Assembly (NCBI GenBank): GCA_963822445.1
Contig: CAWGHO010000002.1
Location: 1,472,001-1,536,000 of the forward strand
Direction of reading: 5' to 3'
Length of the DNA: 64,000 bases
Source: an uncultured Acidobacteriota bacterium
GTDB lineage: Bacteria; Acidobacteriota; Thermoanaerobaculia; Gp7-AA8
Below the pieces are notes generated by a model. That model ran no database searches. It saw only the letters and a list, made by a program, of their open reading frames with translations, and had not been told where the DNA came from. Positions 1 to 8,852 of the stretch are shown piece after piece. The stretch's first letter is position 1. Each line of letters opens with the position of its first letter. Made by a program: the position numbers and the translations under genes.

Positions 1-1542
1 GAAGCGTTCGGACGGCATGCACAGGTCGTGAACTGGTGGACGGCCTGGCCGCCGTTGCCCGGCACCTCCGTGACCTACGGGACGCCGGTCGAACAGATGA
101 CGAACGCGATCTCGCCGGCGGAGCTGACGGCGCGCGTGGCGAAGCTCGACGTCCCCATTTCCACGGTGCAGTACGCGCAGGTCGGCCGCTTCCTGAACAT
201 CACCGGACGCGAGTACGAGGAAGCGGTCAACGGCGGCGGCGCGACGCATCCCGTCAACGTCTTCCGCAAGCTCCTCGCGAAAACGTGGACCGACCACCGC
301 ATCGCCCTCAGTCTTTATCAGCAGCAGGAGCCGCTGCTTCTGATGATGCATTACGACGGTCCGGACACCGTCAACCACCTCTTCGCGCCGTATCACCCGC
401 CGTACCGCGAGGGCATCAGTCAGGAGAACTACCGCCGCTACTGGCCGACGGTCGCGAATTACTACTCCGAAGTGGACCGCCTGATCGGCGAGTGGATGCG
501 CGTGCTCTCCGATGACACGACAGTGATCATCGTTTCCGCGCACGGGTTCCGCTGGGGCAAGACCCGCCCGCGCATGCAGCCGGTCGGCCGCAGCGCGCTG
601 TCCGATCATCGCAATCCCGGTGTCTTCATCGCCTACGGCAATCACGTCATGCCGAACCGCGGCAATCACACGATGTCGATCTACGACCTCGTCCCCTCGA
701 TTCTGGCCATCCTCGGACTGCCGCCGTCGACGGAGATGCCCGGGCAACTGCCGCCGTGGATCTTCCGCGACATCAGCGCGGTCGGCTCGGTGCGCGTCGT
801 GAGCTACGACGAGTTCTTCGCCGGAAGGGGAATCGCCGGCGGCGGCCTCAATCTGCAGCGCTACACGAAAGACCTGCAGGCCATCGGACACCTCACCGAT
901 CCGAAAGCGATGCAGCCCATCTTCGAGGACGGCGACGCCCCGAACGTGACGGCGGCGCAGCCGAACATGGCGAACTGGGGGCCGTACGCGCATTTCAACA
1001 ACCAGGGCATCGAGCTGCGCAAACAGGGAAAGCTGAAGGAAGCGACGGAGTCGTTCCAGTCGGCGATCGATCTCAATCCGACCCGTCCCACGCCGTACCT
1101 GAACATGGCCATGACCCTGTTCGACCGGCAGCAGTACACCGCCGCGGACGAGGTGTTCGTCATGGCCGTGGCCCGCGGTCTGCCGAATGCCGATCGCTGG
1201 TTCGCCGACTTTGCCGCGCTTTACCGCTCGCGCAACATGACCTCGCGCGCGATCGGGATTCTGTACAAGGGCAAGCAGATCTTTCCGCAGTCCTACGTGA
1301 TCGCGGCGAATCTCGGCTCCGCGCTGATGCAGGCCGAGCGCTACACGGAAGGCTTGCCGGAGCTGGAGCGCGCTCTGGGCCTGCAGCCGTCGTCGACGCT
1401 GGTCCTGAACAACCTCGGCATCTTCTACACGAAGCAGAAGGACTACGCGCGTGCGCTCGACTTCTGGAACCGGTCGCTGACGATCGATCCGCGGCAGGGG
1501 CAGATTCGTGCCGCCGCGGACGCGGCCCGAACGCAGTTGTAG
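1..1542 (+). CDS. Alkaline-phosphatase-superfamily (phosphodiesterase/sulfatase-like) protein with C-terminal TPR repeats, 5'-truncated
   Basis: Frame is open from base 1. Motifs GPDTVNH, EVDRLIG, IIVSAHGF, HRNPGVFIAYG, IYDLVPSILAILGLP, then TPR-like helices (NNQGIELRKQGK..., LNNLGIFY...). Confidence 0.75.
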   Translation, partial: EAFGRHAQVVNWWTAWPPLPGTSVTYGTPVEQMTNAISPAELTARVAKLDVPISTVQYAQVGRFLNITGREYEEAVNGGGATHPVNVFRKLLAKTWTDHRIALSLYQQQEPLLLMMHYDGPDTVNHLFAPYHPPYREGISQENYRRYWPTVANYYSEVDRLIGEWMRVLSDDTTVIIVSAHGFRWGKTRPRMQPVGRSALSDHRNPGVFIAYGNHVMPNRGNHTMSIYDLVPSILAILGLPPSTEMPGQLPPWIFRDISAVGSVRVVSYDEFFAGRGIAGGGLNLQRYTKDLQAIGHLTDPKAMQPIFEDGDAPNVTAAQPNMANWGPYAHFNNQGIELRKQGKLKEATESFQSAIDLNPTRPTPYLNMAMTLFDRQQYTAADEVFVMAVARGLPNADRWFADFAALYRSRNMTSRAIGILYKGKQIFPQSYVIAANLGSALMQAERYTEGLPELERALGLQPSSTLVLNNLGIFYTKQKDYARALDFWNRSLTIDPRQGQIRAAADAARTQL

Positions 1543-1635
1543 TGGAGTGCGGTGGCTCTGCCGCCGCTTTCTCACGCCGCGAGAGCGGCGGCTCCGCCGC
1601 CATGCCAAAGCGGCAGCAGAGCTGCCGCACTCCAC
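1542..1635. repeat. REP-like inverted repeat (about 29-bp arms)
   Basis: GTGGAGTGCGGTGGCTCTGCCGCCGCTTT pairs with AAAGCGGCAGCAGAGCTGCCGCACTCCAC, with an internal partial copy. Confidence 0.75.
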
Positions 1636-1665
1636 TTGACCTCCGCCCCCCATCCTCACTAAACT
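1636..1665 (+). promoter_or_regulatory. Putative sigma70 promoter of the fur operon
   Basis: TTGACC (1636-1641), 18-nt spacer, TAAACT (1660-1665). Confidence 0.55.
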
Positions 1666-1674
1666 CCCTTTCGC

Positions 1675-1694
1675 TACTGAGACTCAGTCTCAAC
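1675..1694 (+). promoter_or_regulatory. Putative Fur-family operator (7-1-7 palindrome TGAGACT-C-AGTCTCA)
   Basis: Perfect inverted repeat at 1678-1692 between the promoter and the fur ATG. The same 20-mer occurs upstream of bfd (47950-47969, minus strand). Confidence 0.75.
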
Positions 1695-1709
1695 TGCAAC
1701 GAAAGCGAT

Positions 1710-2210
1710 ATGCCACAACTCGAACGGGAGATCGGACGGTTCCAGGACTTCCTACTGCGGCAGGGGCTCAAGCTCACCACCGAGCGGTCGGCCCTCGTGC
1801 GCGAGATCTTCTCCATCCACTACCACTTCGAGGCCGACGAGCTGCTCTTCAAGATGAAGCAGAAGGGCCTGAAGATCTCGCGGGCCACGGTCTACCGCAC
1901 CCTCGAGCTCCTGGTGAAGTCGGGGATGGTCCGCCGCGTCCACCTCGGCGAAGAGCACTACCACTACGAGCACGTCACCGGAAACTCGCACCACGATCAC
2001 CTGATCTGCACGACCTGCGGCGGCGTGATCGAGTTTCACGACGAATTGCTCGAGCAGCGTCAGCGCGACATCTGCGAGAAGAAGAAGTTCACCCCCACCT
2101 TTCACAACCTTCAGATCCTCGGCGTCTGCGACTCCTGCACGCGCAAGGGAGAACGCCCCGTGACGCCCGATCGCGTCTCCATGATCAGCGCCACCCGATT
2201 GAGGAAATAA
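1710..2210 (+). CDS. fur: Fur-family transcriptional regulator
   Basis: Real start MPQLERE inside track ORF 756..2210. Motifs ISRATVYRTLELL, HHDHLICTTCG, CDSC. Confidence 0.92.
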   Translation: MPQLEREIGRFQDFLLRQGLKLTTERSALVREIFSIHYHFEADELLFKMKQKGLKISRATVYRTLELLVKSGMVRRVHLGEEHYHYEHVTGNSHHDHLICTTCGGVIEFHDELLEQRQRDICEKKKFTPTFHNLQILGVCDSCTRKGERPVTPDRVSMISATRLRK

Positions 2211-2213
2211 CGG

Positions 2214-2981
2214 ATGCTCCAGGCTCTCATCATCGTCTTCCGCGAAGGGTTCGAGTCGTTTCTGACCGTCGCGATCATCTTCGCGTACCTCAAGAAGACC
2301 GGCCGTGACTGGCTGCGTCCCGCGGTGTGGTGGGGCATCGGCATGTCGATCGTCGCCAGCGCGCTCCTCGGCTGGTGGCTGCAGCGCGTGAATCAGCCGC
2401 TCTGGGAAGGCGTCCTCGCTCTCGTGGCCGCGGTGCTGGTGGCGAGCTTCGTCATTCACATCTGGCGCGTCGCGCCGCAGATGAAACGGGAGATGGAGCA
2501 GAAGCTCGAAGTGCAGGCCTCGAAAGGCTCAACGCCCTTGGCGTGGCTGGGCGTCTTCGTGTTTACCCTGCTGATGATCACGCGCGAGGGGATGGAGACC
2601 GCGCTGATGCTCATCCAGGTCGGCAACATGCCGCGCTTCTGGCTCGGTTGCGCACTCGGCCTCGCCGCCGCGGCGTCAATGTCCTGGCTCTGGGCGCATT
2701 ACGGCCATCGCATCAACGTGAAACGCTTCTTCCAGGTCACCGGTCTCTTCCTGCTCCTCTTCACGGTGCAGATCCTCTTCTACGCGATTCATGAGTTTTC
2801 CGAGGCGGAGATCCTTCCGAACTGGGAAGCGATTCACACCGCGACCGAGCCGTACACGCCGGATGGCCCGTACGGGCTGTGGATCATGTTCGGAATGGTT
2901 GCGATCTGTGCCGCCTGGCTCGCAGGCGTCACCGCGCTGGATCGGATGAGAAACCAGCGAAGACTCATCGAGCAGCCATGA
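2214..2981 (+). CDS. FTR1/EfeU-family iron permease
   Basis: Two REGxE motifs (FREGFES, TREGMET) and about 7 TM helices. Confidence 0.92.
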   Translation: MLQALIIVFREGFESFLTVAIIFAYLKKTGRDWLRPAVWWGIGMSIVASALLGWWLQRVNQPLWEGVLALVAAVLVASFVIHIWRVAPQMKREMEQKLEVQASKGSTPLAWLGVFVFTLLMITREGMETALMLIQVGNMPRFWLGCALGLAAAASMSWLWAHYGHRINVKRFFQVTGLFLLLFTVQILFYAIHEFSEAEILPNWEAIHTATEPYTPDGPYGLWIMFGMVAICAAWLAGVTALDRMRNQRRLIEQP

Positions 2982-3745
2982 ACCCCGCGGCGATCCTCAT
3001 CGCCGCCACGCTCGCGCGCTACCTCATGGGGACGGTGTGCGAGATCGAGGCGGAGAAACCGGAGCAGATCGAGATCGCGTTCGCGGAAGCGAAGCGGGTC
3101 GAAGCGATGCTCAGCACGTGGACGGATGAGAGCGAGCTGTCACGTGTGAACCATGGCGCAGTTCCCTCGCCGGAGTTGCGGGCGCTGCTCGATACGACGC
3201 TCGATTGGGCGACGCGCACCGATCGTGCGTTCGATCCGCGAATTGCACACTTGCTGGAACGAACGCGCGATAAAACGAGTGAGGAAAGTTTCGAAGAAGG
3301 CGCATTCGGCAAGGGCTACGCGCTCGACCGCATGCTCGTCCTCCTCGACGGCGAAGCCCTGATCAACTTCGGCGGCCAGATCATCGTTCGCGGCAAACGC
3401 GACGTCAGCGTGGCCGATCCCTCCGATCGCGACCATCCCGTGCTCGCGCTCACCCTCGCCGACGCGTCGCTTTCGACGAGCGCCGGCGGCCACATCCTCG
3501 ATCCCCGCACCGGCCAGTCGCTGCCAGGTCGCGGATCCGTTTCTGTCATCGCGAAGGACGCGCTCACCGCGGACATCCTCTCCACTGCCCTCTACGTGAT
3601 GGGCAAGAACGAAGGTCTCCGCTGGGCGGCCGCTCACGACGTCGCCGCGATTTTCATCGACACGAACAACACCATCCGGTTGTCGCCCGCCGCTCGGAAG
3701 CTCGACGTGGCGGTGCTCGACCGAGACTTTTCAATCAAGGACTGA
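2978..3745 (+). CDS. apbE: FAD:protein FMN transferase (ApbE family), compact
   Basis: Motifs MGT, SELSRVN, AFDP, KGYALD, INFGG, HILDPRTG, ADILSTA. ATG 2978 overlaps the FTR1 stop. Confidence 0.88.
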   Translation: MNPAAILIAATLARYLMGTVCEIEAEKPEQIEIAFAEAKRVEAMLSTWTDESELSRVNHGAVPSPELRALLDTTLDWATRTDRAFDPRIAHLLERTRDKTSEESFEEGAFGKGYALDRMLVLLDGEALINFGGQIIVRGKRDVSVADPSDRDHPVLALTLADASLSTSAGGHILDPRTGQSLPGRGSVSVIAKDALTADILSTALYVMGKNEGLRWAAAHDVAAIFIDTNNTIRLSPAARKLDVAVLDRDFSIKD

Positions 3746-3747
3746 CG

Positions 3748-5082
3748 ATGTTGAAACGACTCACAATCATCACCCTCGCTCTCGTGCTCTCCACGAGCGC
3801 ATTCGCCCAGGACGCATCCGATCTCGAGCGCCGCCTCCGCGCGCTGGAAGAGAAGATCGCCGGCATGCAGCAGACTCCGGACCTCGCCGAGATCCGCCGC
3901 CAGATCGAGATCCTCGGCCAGGAAATCGAGGCCCTCAAGACCCCCGCAGCGCAGCAGGCAACCGTCTCCGCCGACGCGGAGCAGTACGGACTCGGCGCCG
4001 CCGCCTCGAAGGTCTATCGCGTCGATCACGGCCTCTCGTTCGGCGGCTACGGCGAGATGCTCTACGAGAACTACGCCGGCACGATCGACTCCGGCGCGCG
4101 CGCAACCACGCGCGACCAGTTCGACATGCTCCGCGGCATTCTCTACACCGGCTACAAGTACAACGACAAAGTCATCTTCAACTCCGAAATCGAGTACGAG
4201 CATGGCTCGACCGGTTCGGGTGGCGAGGTCTCCGTCGAGTTCGCGTATCTCGACTTCCTCGCGCGTCCGCAGCTCGGTGTGCGCACCGGTCTCGTGCTCA
4301 TTCCGATGGGACTCCTGAACGAGCTCCACGAGCCGACCGCGTACCTCGGCGCGAAGCGTCCGGTCACCGAGAACGCGATCATTCCGTCGACCTGGCGCGA
4401 AATGGGCGCGGGCGTCTTCGGCGAGATGGGGCAGTTCAGCTGGCGCGGCTACGTCGTGAACAGCCTGAACGGCCGCAACTTCACCGCGGGCGGGGTGCGC
4501 GGCGGACGGCAGAAGGGTGCCCGCGCGCTCGCCGAAGATCTGGCGTTCACCGGTCGCGTGGATTGGCAGCCGCTCGTCGGCACGACCGTCGGCGCGTCGT
4601 TCTTCAGCGGCAACACCGGCCAGAGCAATCTGGTGAACAACACCGTCGTCGACGCGCGTTACACGGTTTACGACGTCCACGCCGATGCGCGTTTTCGCGG
4701 CGTGATCCTGCGCGGGCTCTGGTCGCGCGGATCGCTCGATGACGCGGCGGAGCTGAACGTACTGAACGGCCTGACCGGCAATCGCTCGGTCGGAAAGACG
4801 ATGGGCGGCTGGTACGCGGAAGCGGGCTACGACCTCTCCTCGCTGCTGCCGTTCGGCGAGACGTCCTTCACGCCGTATGCGCGATACGAGCAGGTCGACA
4901 CGCAGCGCACGGTTCCGGCGGGCTTCCTCCGCAATCCCGCGAACGAGCAGACGATCTTCACCTACGGCCTGCAGTTCAAGCCGCTCCCTCAGACGGTGTT
5001 CAAGGTCGACTATCAGAACGTCGACAACGAGGCGGGAACGGGCCTCGATCAATGGAACCTCGGCATCGGCTACATCTTCTGA
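3748..5082 (+). CDS. Outer-membrane porin-like beta-barrel (OprO/P-like) with N-terminal coiled coil
   Basis: Signal peptide (AFA|Q), coiled coil, FNSEIEYEHG, EFAYLD, LNELHEPT, IIPSTWRE, C-terminal LGIGYIF beta-signal. Confidence 0.8.
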   Translation: MLKRLTIITLALVLSTSAFAQDASDLERRLRALEEKIAGMQQTPDLAEIRRQIEILGQEIEALKTPAAQQATVSADAEQYGLGAAASKVYRVDHGLSFGGYGEMLYENYAGTIDSGARATTRDQFDMLRGILYTGYKYNDKVIFNSEIEYEHGSTGSGGEVSVEFAYLDFLARPQLGVRTGLVLIPMGLLNELHEPTAYLGAKRPVTENAIIPSTWREMGAGVFGEMGQFSWRGYVVNSLNGRNFTAGGVRGGRQKGARALAEDLAFTGRVDWQPLVGTTVGASFFSGNTGQSNLVNNTVVDARYTVYDVHADARFRGVILRGLWSRGSLDDAAELNVLNGLTGNRSVGKTMGGWYAEAGYDLSSLLPFGETSFTPYARYEQVDTQRTVPAGFLRNPANEQTIFTYGLQFKPLPQTVFKVDYQNVDNEAGTGLDQWNLGIGYIF

Positions 5083-5126
5083 GCGGGCACGGCCCGCTGC
5101 GTAGGTTTCTGCGCCTTGCGGCACAG

Positions 5127-5708
5127 GTGCTCGAGGTGTCCGGATCGCGGCTTCGAGCGGCGCAACGCGCCTGGCATCGTGGCCTCCGGACCGGTTTTCT
5201 GATCGCGATTTTCGCGATTGCGGCGGCGGCGCACGCGCGCGTCTTCATGACGCAGAAGCAGGCGCTCGCCTCCGCGTTCCCGGCGGGGACGGTCGTCACC
5301 CGCCAGGCCATTTTTCTCAAGCCCGCGCAACTCGACGCCGCTCGCAAACAGAGCGGCGTCGAGTTCAAGGACCAGTTGATCGTCCGCTACACCGGCACCT
5401 CCAACGGCCGCGTCGCCGGTTACGCCTACTTCGATACGCACCTGGTGCGCACGCTCCAGGAAACGGTGATGGTCGTGGTCACGCCGGAAGGAAAGGTCGA
5501 TCGCATCGACATCCTCTCCTTCAACGAGCCGCAGGACTATCTGCCGAAAGAACGCTGGATGGATCAGTTCGAAGGCAGGAAGCTCGATGACGATCTCTCG
5601 CTCAAGCGCTCCATCCGCCCAATCTCCGGCGCGAGCTTGAGCGGCCGCGCGATCGTCAACGCATCGCGCAAAGTACTGGCGCTGCATCACGTCATCGGAA
5701 CGAAATGA
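5127..5708 (+). CDS. Extracytoplasmic FMN-binding protein (flavinylation substrate); start uncertain
   Basis: Signal-like LIAIFAIAAAAHA, FNEPQDY, WMDQFEG and the flavinylation motif ISGASLS ([S/T]GA[S/T]). Confidence 0.8.
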   Translation: MLEVSGSRLRAAQRAWHRGLRTGFLIAIFAIAAAAHARVFMTQKQALASAFPAGTVVTRQAIFLKPAQLDAARKQSGVEFKDQLIVRYTGTSNGRVAGYAYFDTHLVRTLQETVMVVVTPEGKVDRIDILSFNEPQDYLPKERWMDQFEGRKLDDDLSLKRSIRPISGASLSGRAIVNASRKVLALHHVIGTK

Positions 5709-6130
5709 GCCGCCTCCAACTGGCCTGGCTGCACCTGTCGCTCGGCCTGACCGCGCTCACAGGAATCGTGTTCGCGGCGATGAAGTACCTGCTCGAAAGC
5801 AAGGACGAGTTCGCGGTCGCCAATCATCCGCTCCAGCCGTTCATGCTCAGCGCGCACGTGGTCATCGCGCCCATCGCCCTCTTCATCCTCGGCTGGACGT
5901 TCTCGAATCACATGCTTCCCAAGCACCGCTTCGGCGACGACACAGGTCGCAAAAGCGGCACCGGCGCGATGTGGCTGATCGTGCCGATGACCCTCAGCGG
6001 CTATCTGCTGCAGGTGTCAGTGGATGAGACGCTGCGGCAGGCGATAGCGGTCGCCCACTGGATCAGCTCGGGATTGTTCGTGATCGCGTACGTCGTGCAT
6101 TTACTGAAGCGAACGGATCAATCGATCTAA
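5705..6130 (+). CDS. Four-TM membrane protein with intramembrane His (putative cytochrome b / DUF4405-like)
   Basis: Four hydrophobic helices with His in SAHVV, SNHML, VAHWI and VVHLL. ATGA overlap with the FMN-binding gene. Confidence 0.6.
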   Translation: MSRLQLAWLHLSLGLTALTGIVFAAMKYLLESKDEFAVANHPLQPFMLSAHVVIAPIALFILGWTFSNHMLPKHRFGDDTGRKSGTGAMWLIVPMTLSGYLLQVSVDETLRQAIAVAHWISSGLFVIAYVVHLLKRTDQSI

Positions 6131-7480
6131 CCGCGACAACGTCTTCTCTTTCCCCAACACCACCGCGACGTCGAAGATCGGCGGCGATGCGCCGCGGCCG
6201 GTCAGCGCGAGCCGAAGCGGATGAATGAGCTTCGCCGCCGAGACGCCGCGTGATTCCGCGAGCGCGCGCAGAGCAGCTTCAGTCGTCGTCACATCGAACG
6301 GCTCGGTCTTCGCCAGCGTTTCGTGAAGCTCCGTCAATCGCGCGCCGAGGTCGTCGCCTTTCAGATGTTTCTTCGAGGCATCGGCGTCGTACTCGAAGTC
6401 GTCGCTCAGGAACGGCTCCATCCCCGCGGCAACTTCGCGCAGCGTGCGTCCGCGCGACTTGTTCAACTCGATCACCGCACGCAACTCCTCGAGCGGCCGC
6501 GCGCGGTCGCCGAGAAACGGCATCAGGTGCGGGTAGATCTCATCGGCAGTCATGCGCATCAGGTACTGGCCGTTCATCCACAGAAGCTTCTCTTCGTCGA
6601 AGACCGCCGGCGCTTTGTTCACGTCGCTCAGATCGAAGACCTGCGCGGCTTCGTCGCGGGAGATCAGCTCGCGGTCGCCCCCTGGGTTCCAGCCGAGGAG
6701 GGTGAGGAAGTTGAAGAGGGCGGCGGGGACGATGCCCATGTCCCGGTACTCCTCGGCCGAAGTCGCGCCGCTGCGCTTCGAGAGGCGCTTGCGGTCGCTG
6801 CCGAGGATGAGCGGGAGATGAGCGAAGACGGGGACGGCCGCGTCGAACGCGCGGAAGAGCAGGATGTGCTTCGGCGTGTTCGACAGGTGATCGTCGCCGC
6901 GCGCGACATGGGTGATGGCCATGTCGATGTCATCGACGACGACGGACAGGTGATACGTGGGATTGTTGTCCGAGCGGAGAAGGACGAAGTCGTCGATCAG
7001 TTCCCCTTCGAACCGGACGTCGCCGCGGATCAGATCGTGAAACTCGATCGGCCCGGGTGTGACGAGCATGCGGATCACGTGCGGCGCGTCGAGACGTTCG
7101 CCCGTCGCGCGGCAGCGGCCGGAGTAGCGATAGGCCTCGCCCTTCGCCTCCACCGCCGCCCGCTCGGCCTCGAGCTCCTCGACGGTGCAGTAGCAGCGAT
7201 AGGCCTTGCCCGCGTCGACGAGCTCGTTCGCGCGGGATCGATAGCGGTCGAGACGGTCGCTCTGGTAGACCGGACCTTCATCCCACTCCACGCCGAGCCA
7301 TTGCAGCGACGCGACGATCTGCTCCGCATGATGCTGTTTCGAGCGCTCGACGTCCGTGTCCTCGATGCGCAGCAGCATCGTGCCGCCGTAGTGCCGGGCG
7401 TGCAGCAGGTTGAAGATCGCCGTGCGCGCGCCGCCGACGTGTAGGAATCCGGTAGGGGATGGGGCAAAACGAAGTTTCAT
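6101..7480 (-). CDS. gltX: Glutamate--tRNA ligase
   Basis: RFAPSPTGFLHVGG (HIGH), LRIEDTD, RGDDHLSNT, RLSKR (KMSKS) and an anticodon-binding C-terminal domain. Confidence 0.95.
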   Translation of the reverse strand: MKLRFAPSPTGFLHVGGARTAIFNLLHARHYGGTMLLRIEDTDVERSKQHHAEQIVASLQWLGVEWDEGPVYQSDRLDRYRSRANELVDAGKAYRCYCTVEELEAERAAVEAKGEAYRYSGRCRATGERLDAPHVIRMLVTPGPIEFHDLIRGDVRFEGELIDDFVLLRSDNNPTYHLSVVVDDIDMAITHVARGDDHLSNTPKHILLFRAFDAAVPVFAHLPLILGSDRKRLSKRSGATSAEEYRDMGIVPAALFNFLTLLGWNPGGDRELISRDEAAQVFDLSDVNKAPAVFDEEKLLWMNGQYLMRMTADEIYPHLMPFLGDRARPLEELRAVIELNKSRGRTLREVAAGMEPFLSDDFEYDADASKKHLKGDDLGARLTELHETLAKTEPFDVTTTEAALRALAESRGVSAAKLIHPLRLALTGRGASPPIFDVAVVLGKEKTLSRLDRLIRSLQ

Positions 7481-7520
7481 CGTGGGATTTGTAGTCTATC
7501 GCGCGGGATAAACTGCAGTG

Positions 7521-7913
7521 ATGCGCCGACAGGATGGCTTCTCGCTCGCCGAGCTGCTCATGGCGATGCTCATCCTGACCATCGTCATCACCACCTCCAT
7601 GGCCGCCTTCCTGGAGCGCAATCGCCGGCAGCAGCAGGCCCGGGAGATCATCGCCGCCTACCAGGCCCTGGCGAACGAGGCCGAGTACTGGCGGCGGATT
7701 CCCTTCAACGACCTCGACAAGCCACAGGAGCACCACTTCCGCAGCGATCTCGCCATCCTCAACTCCCTCGGCACCTACAACACCGTCGTCGCGGTGGCGC
7801 CGGTCGAGCCGACCATCAGAAAAGTGACCCTCACCGTCCGCTGGGCGGAAGGGAAGCGGCAGGCGCGGCTGGGCGTCGTGCGGGTCGACACCGGAGGCTC
7901 GAGCCTGTGGTGA
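7521..7913 (+). CDS. Prepilin-type N-methylation domain protein (minor pilin/pseudopilin)
   Basis: RRQDG|FSLAELL class III signal with Glu5. Confidence 0.85.
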   Translation: MRRQDGFSLAELLMAMLILTIVITTSMAAFLERNRRQQQAREIIAAYQALANEAEYWRRIPFNDLDKPQEHHFRSDLAILNSLGTYNTVVAVAPVEPTIRKVTLTVRWAEGKRQARLGVVRVDTGGSSLW

Positions 7914-8419
7914 GCCGCCGGCGGGAGAAGGGCTACACCCTCGCGGAGATGGTCGTGTCCGTGGCCGTGTTCGGGGTGATCGTGGCCGTCTTCTCGATTC
8001 TCGCGGCGGAGATGCGCGCGCATCAGGCGCGGCTGCCGGTCAACTTCATGCGCCATCCGCAGGTGTCGGCGGTGATCTCGCGCGTGCGGCGCGACGTACA
8101 GGACTCGAAAGGGCACTACGAGAACAACTACGACGGCTACACCGCGGCGGCGGACGTCCTGATCGTGGAGACGCTTCACGAGGTCGGCGGCGTGCGCATG
8201 ATCGTCTGGGATTTTCGCGAGCCCGGTGTCGCGCGGCGGCGGTCGTACAACGTCGGGGTGTTCACTGAGTGGGTCGCGCGCGGATTGCCGGAGTCGGCAT
8301 CGTTCGATGTGAAGGCGGTCGGCTTCCCCGGCAGACCGTGGGGTGTGCGGCTGCGAATTCAAGACGCGGAGGGACGGCTTGCGATCGATCAGATCCTGCA
8401 ACCTCGCGCGCACAAGTAA
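7910..8419 (+). CDS. Prepilin-type N-methylation domain protein (PilW/GspJ-like)
   Basis: RREKG|YTLAEMVV. GTG start overlaps the upstream stop. Confidence 0.85.
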   Translation: MSRRREKGYTLAEMVVSVAVFGVIVAVFSILAAEMRAHQARLPVNFMRHPQVSAVISRVRRDVQDSKGHYENNYDGYTAAADVLIVETLHEVGGVRMIVWDFREPGVARRRSYNVGVFTEWVARGLPESASFDVKAVGFPGRPWGVRLRIQDAEGRLAIDQILQPRAHK

Positions 8420-8822
8420 TCAGCGCGGCTTCGCGTTGCTCTGGGCCATCGGCCTGGCCGTTCTCTTCTTCATGCTCATCGAGCTGATGCTCATCGACTC
8501 CGCGCGCGAGCTGAAGGAAGCGCAGCGATTCCGCTCGCGGATGGTGGCGATGGTGCTGGCGGAGAACGGAGCAGAGCTGGCCGCGTTACGAATCGCCGAC
8601 GCCAACAGGCAGTTTTACGACCCCGATCCGGCCACGGACTGGCAGGGAACGATCGACGGGCGGATGGACAAGAACGAGCAAGCCGGCACATTCGTGATCA
8701 TCGGCAGCGGCGTGACCGCGGGTACGGAACGGACGAAAGCCGAGGTGCGGGTGGAGGGGTATGTCGAAGGGACGGCGCCGGCGGCGAACATCGTAATCTC
8801 GTTCACCAGGCACGCGCCATGA
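8343..8822 (+). CDS. PilX/GspK-like minor pilin (start uncertain, possibly TTG near 8379)
   Basis: NQRG|FALLWAIGL lacks Glu5; also carries LAENGAELA. Both are typical of PilX/GspK N-termini. Confidence 0.7.
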   Translation: MCGCEFKTRRDGLRSIRSCNLARTSNQRGFALLWAIGLAVLFFMLIELMLIDSARELKEAQRFRSRMVAMVLAENGAELAALRIADANRQFYDPDPATDWQGTIDGRMDKNEQAGTFVIIGSGVTAGTERTKAEVRVEGYVEGTAPAANIVISFTRHAP

Positions 8823-8845
8823 GGCCGGGCTTTCGCCCGGCCTCA
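8820..8845. terminator. GC hairpin between convergent genes (possible bidirectional terminator)
   Basis: TGAGGCCGGGC-TTTC-GCCCGGCCTCA; no long U-tract. Confidence 0.6.
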
Positions 8846-8852
8846 ATTGTGG

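Noticed and set aside
756-1709. Long N-terminal extension of Fur in the ORF track (484 aa)
   Set aside because: It overlaps the upstream gene in another frame and runs through a REP hairpin and the promoter. Fur similarity starts only at ATG 1710.
5083-5200. Possible riboswitch or structured leader between the porin and FMN-binding genes
   Set aside because: Only short GC hairpins, no recognisable aptamer consensus, and the region may be partly coding.
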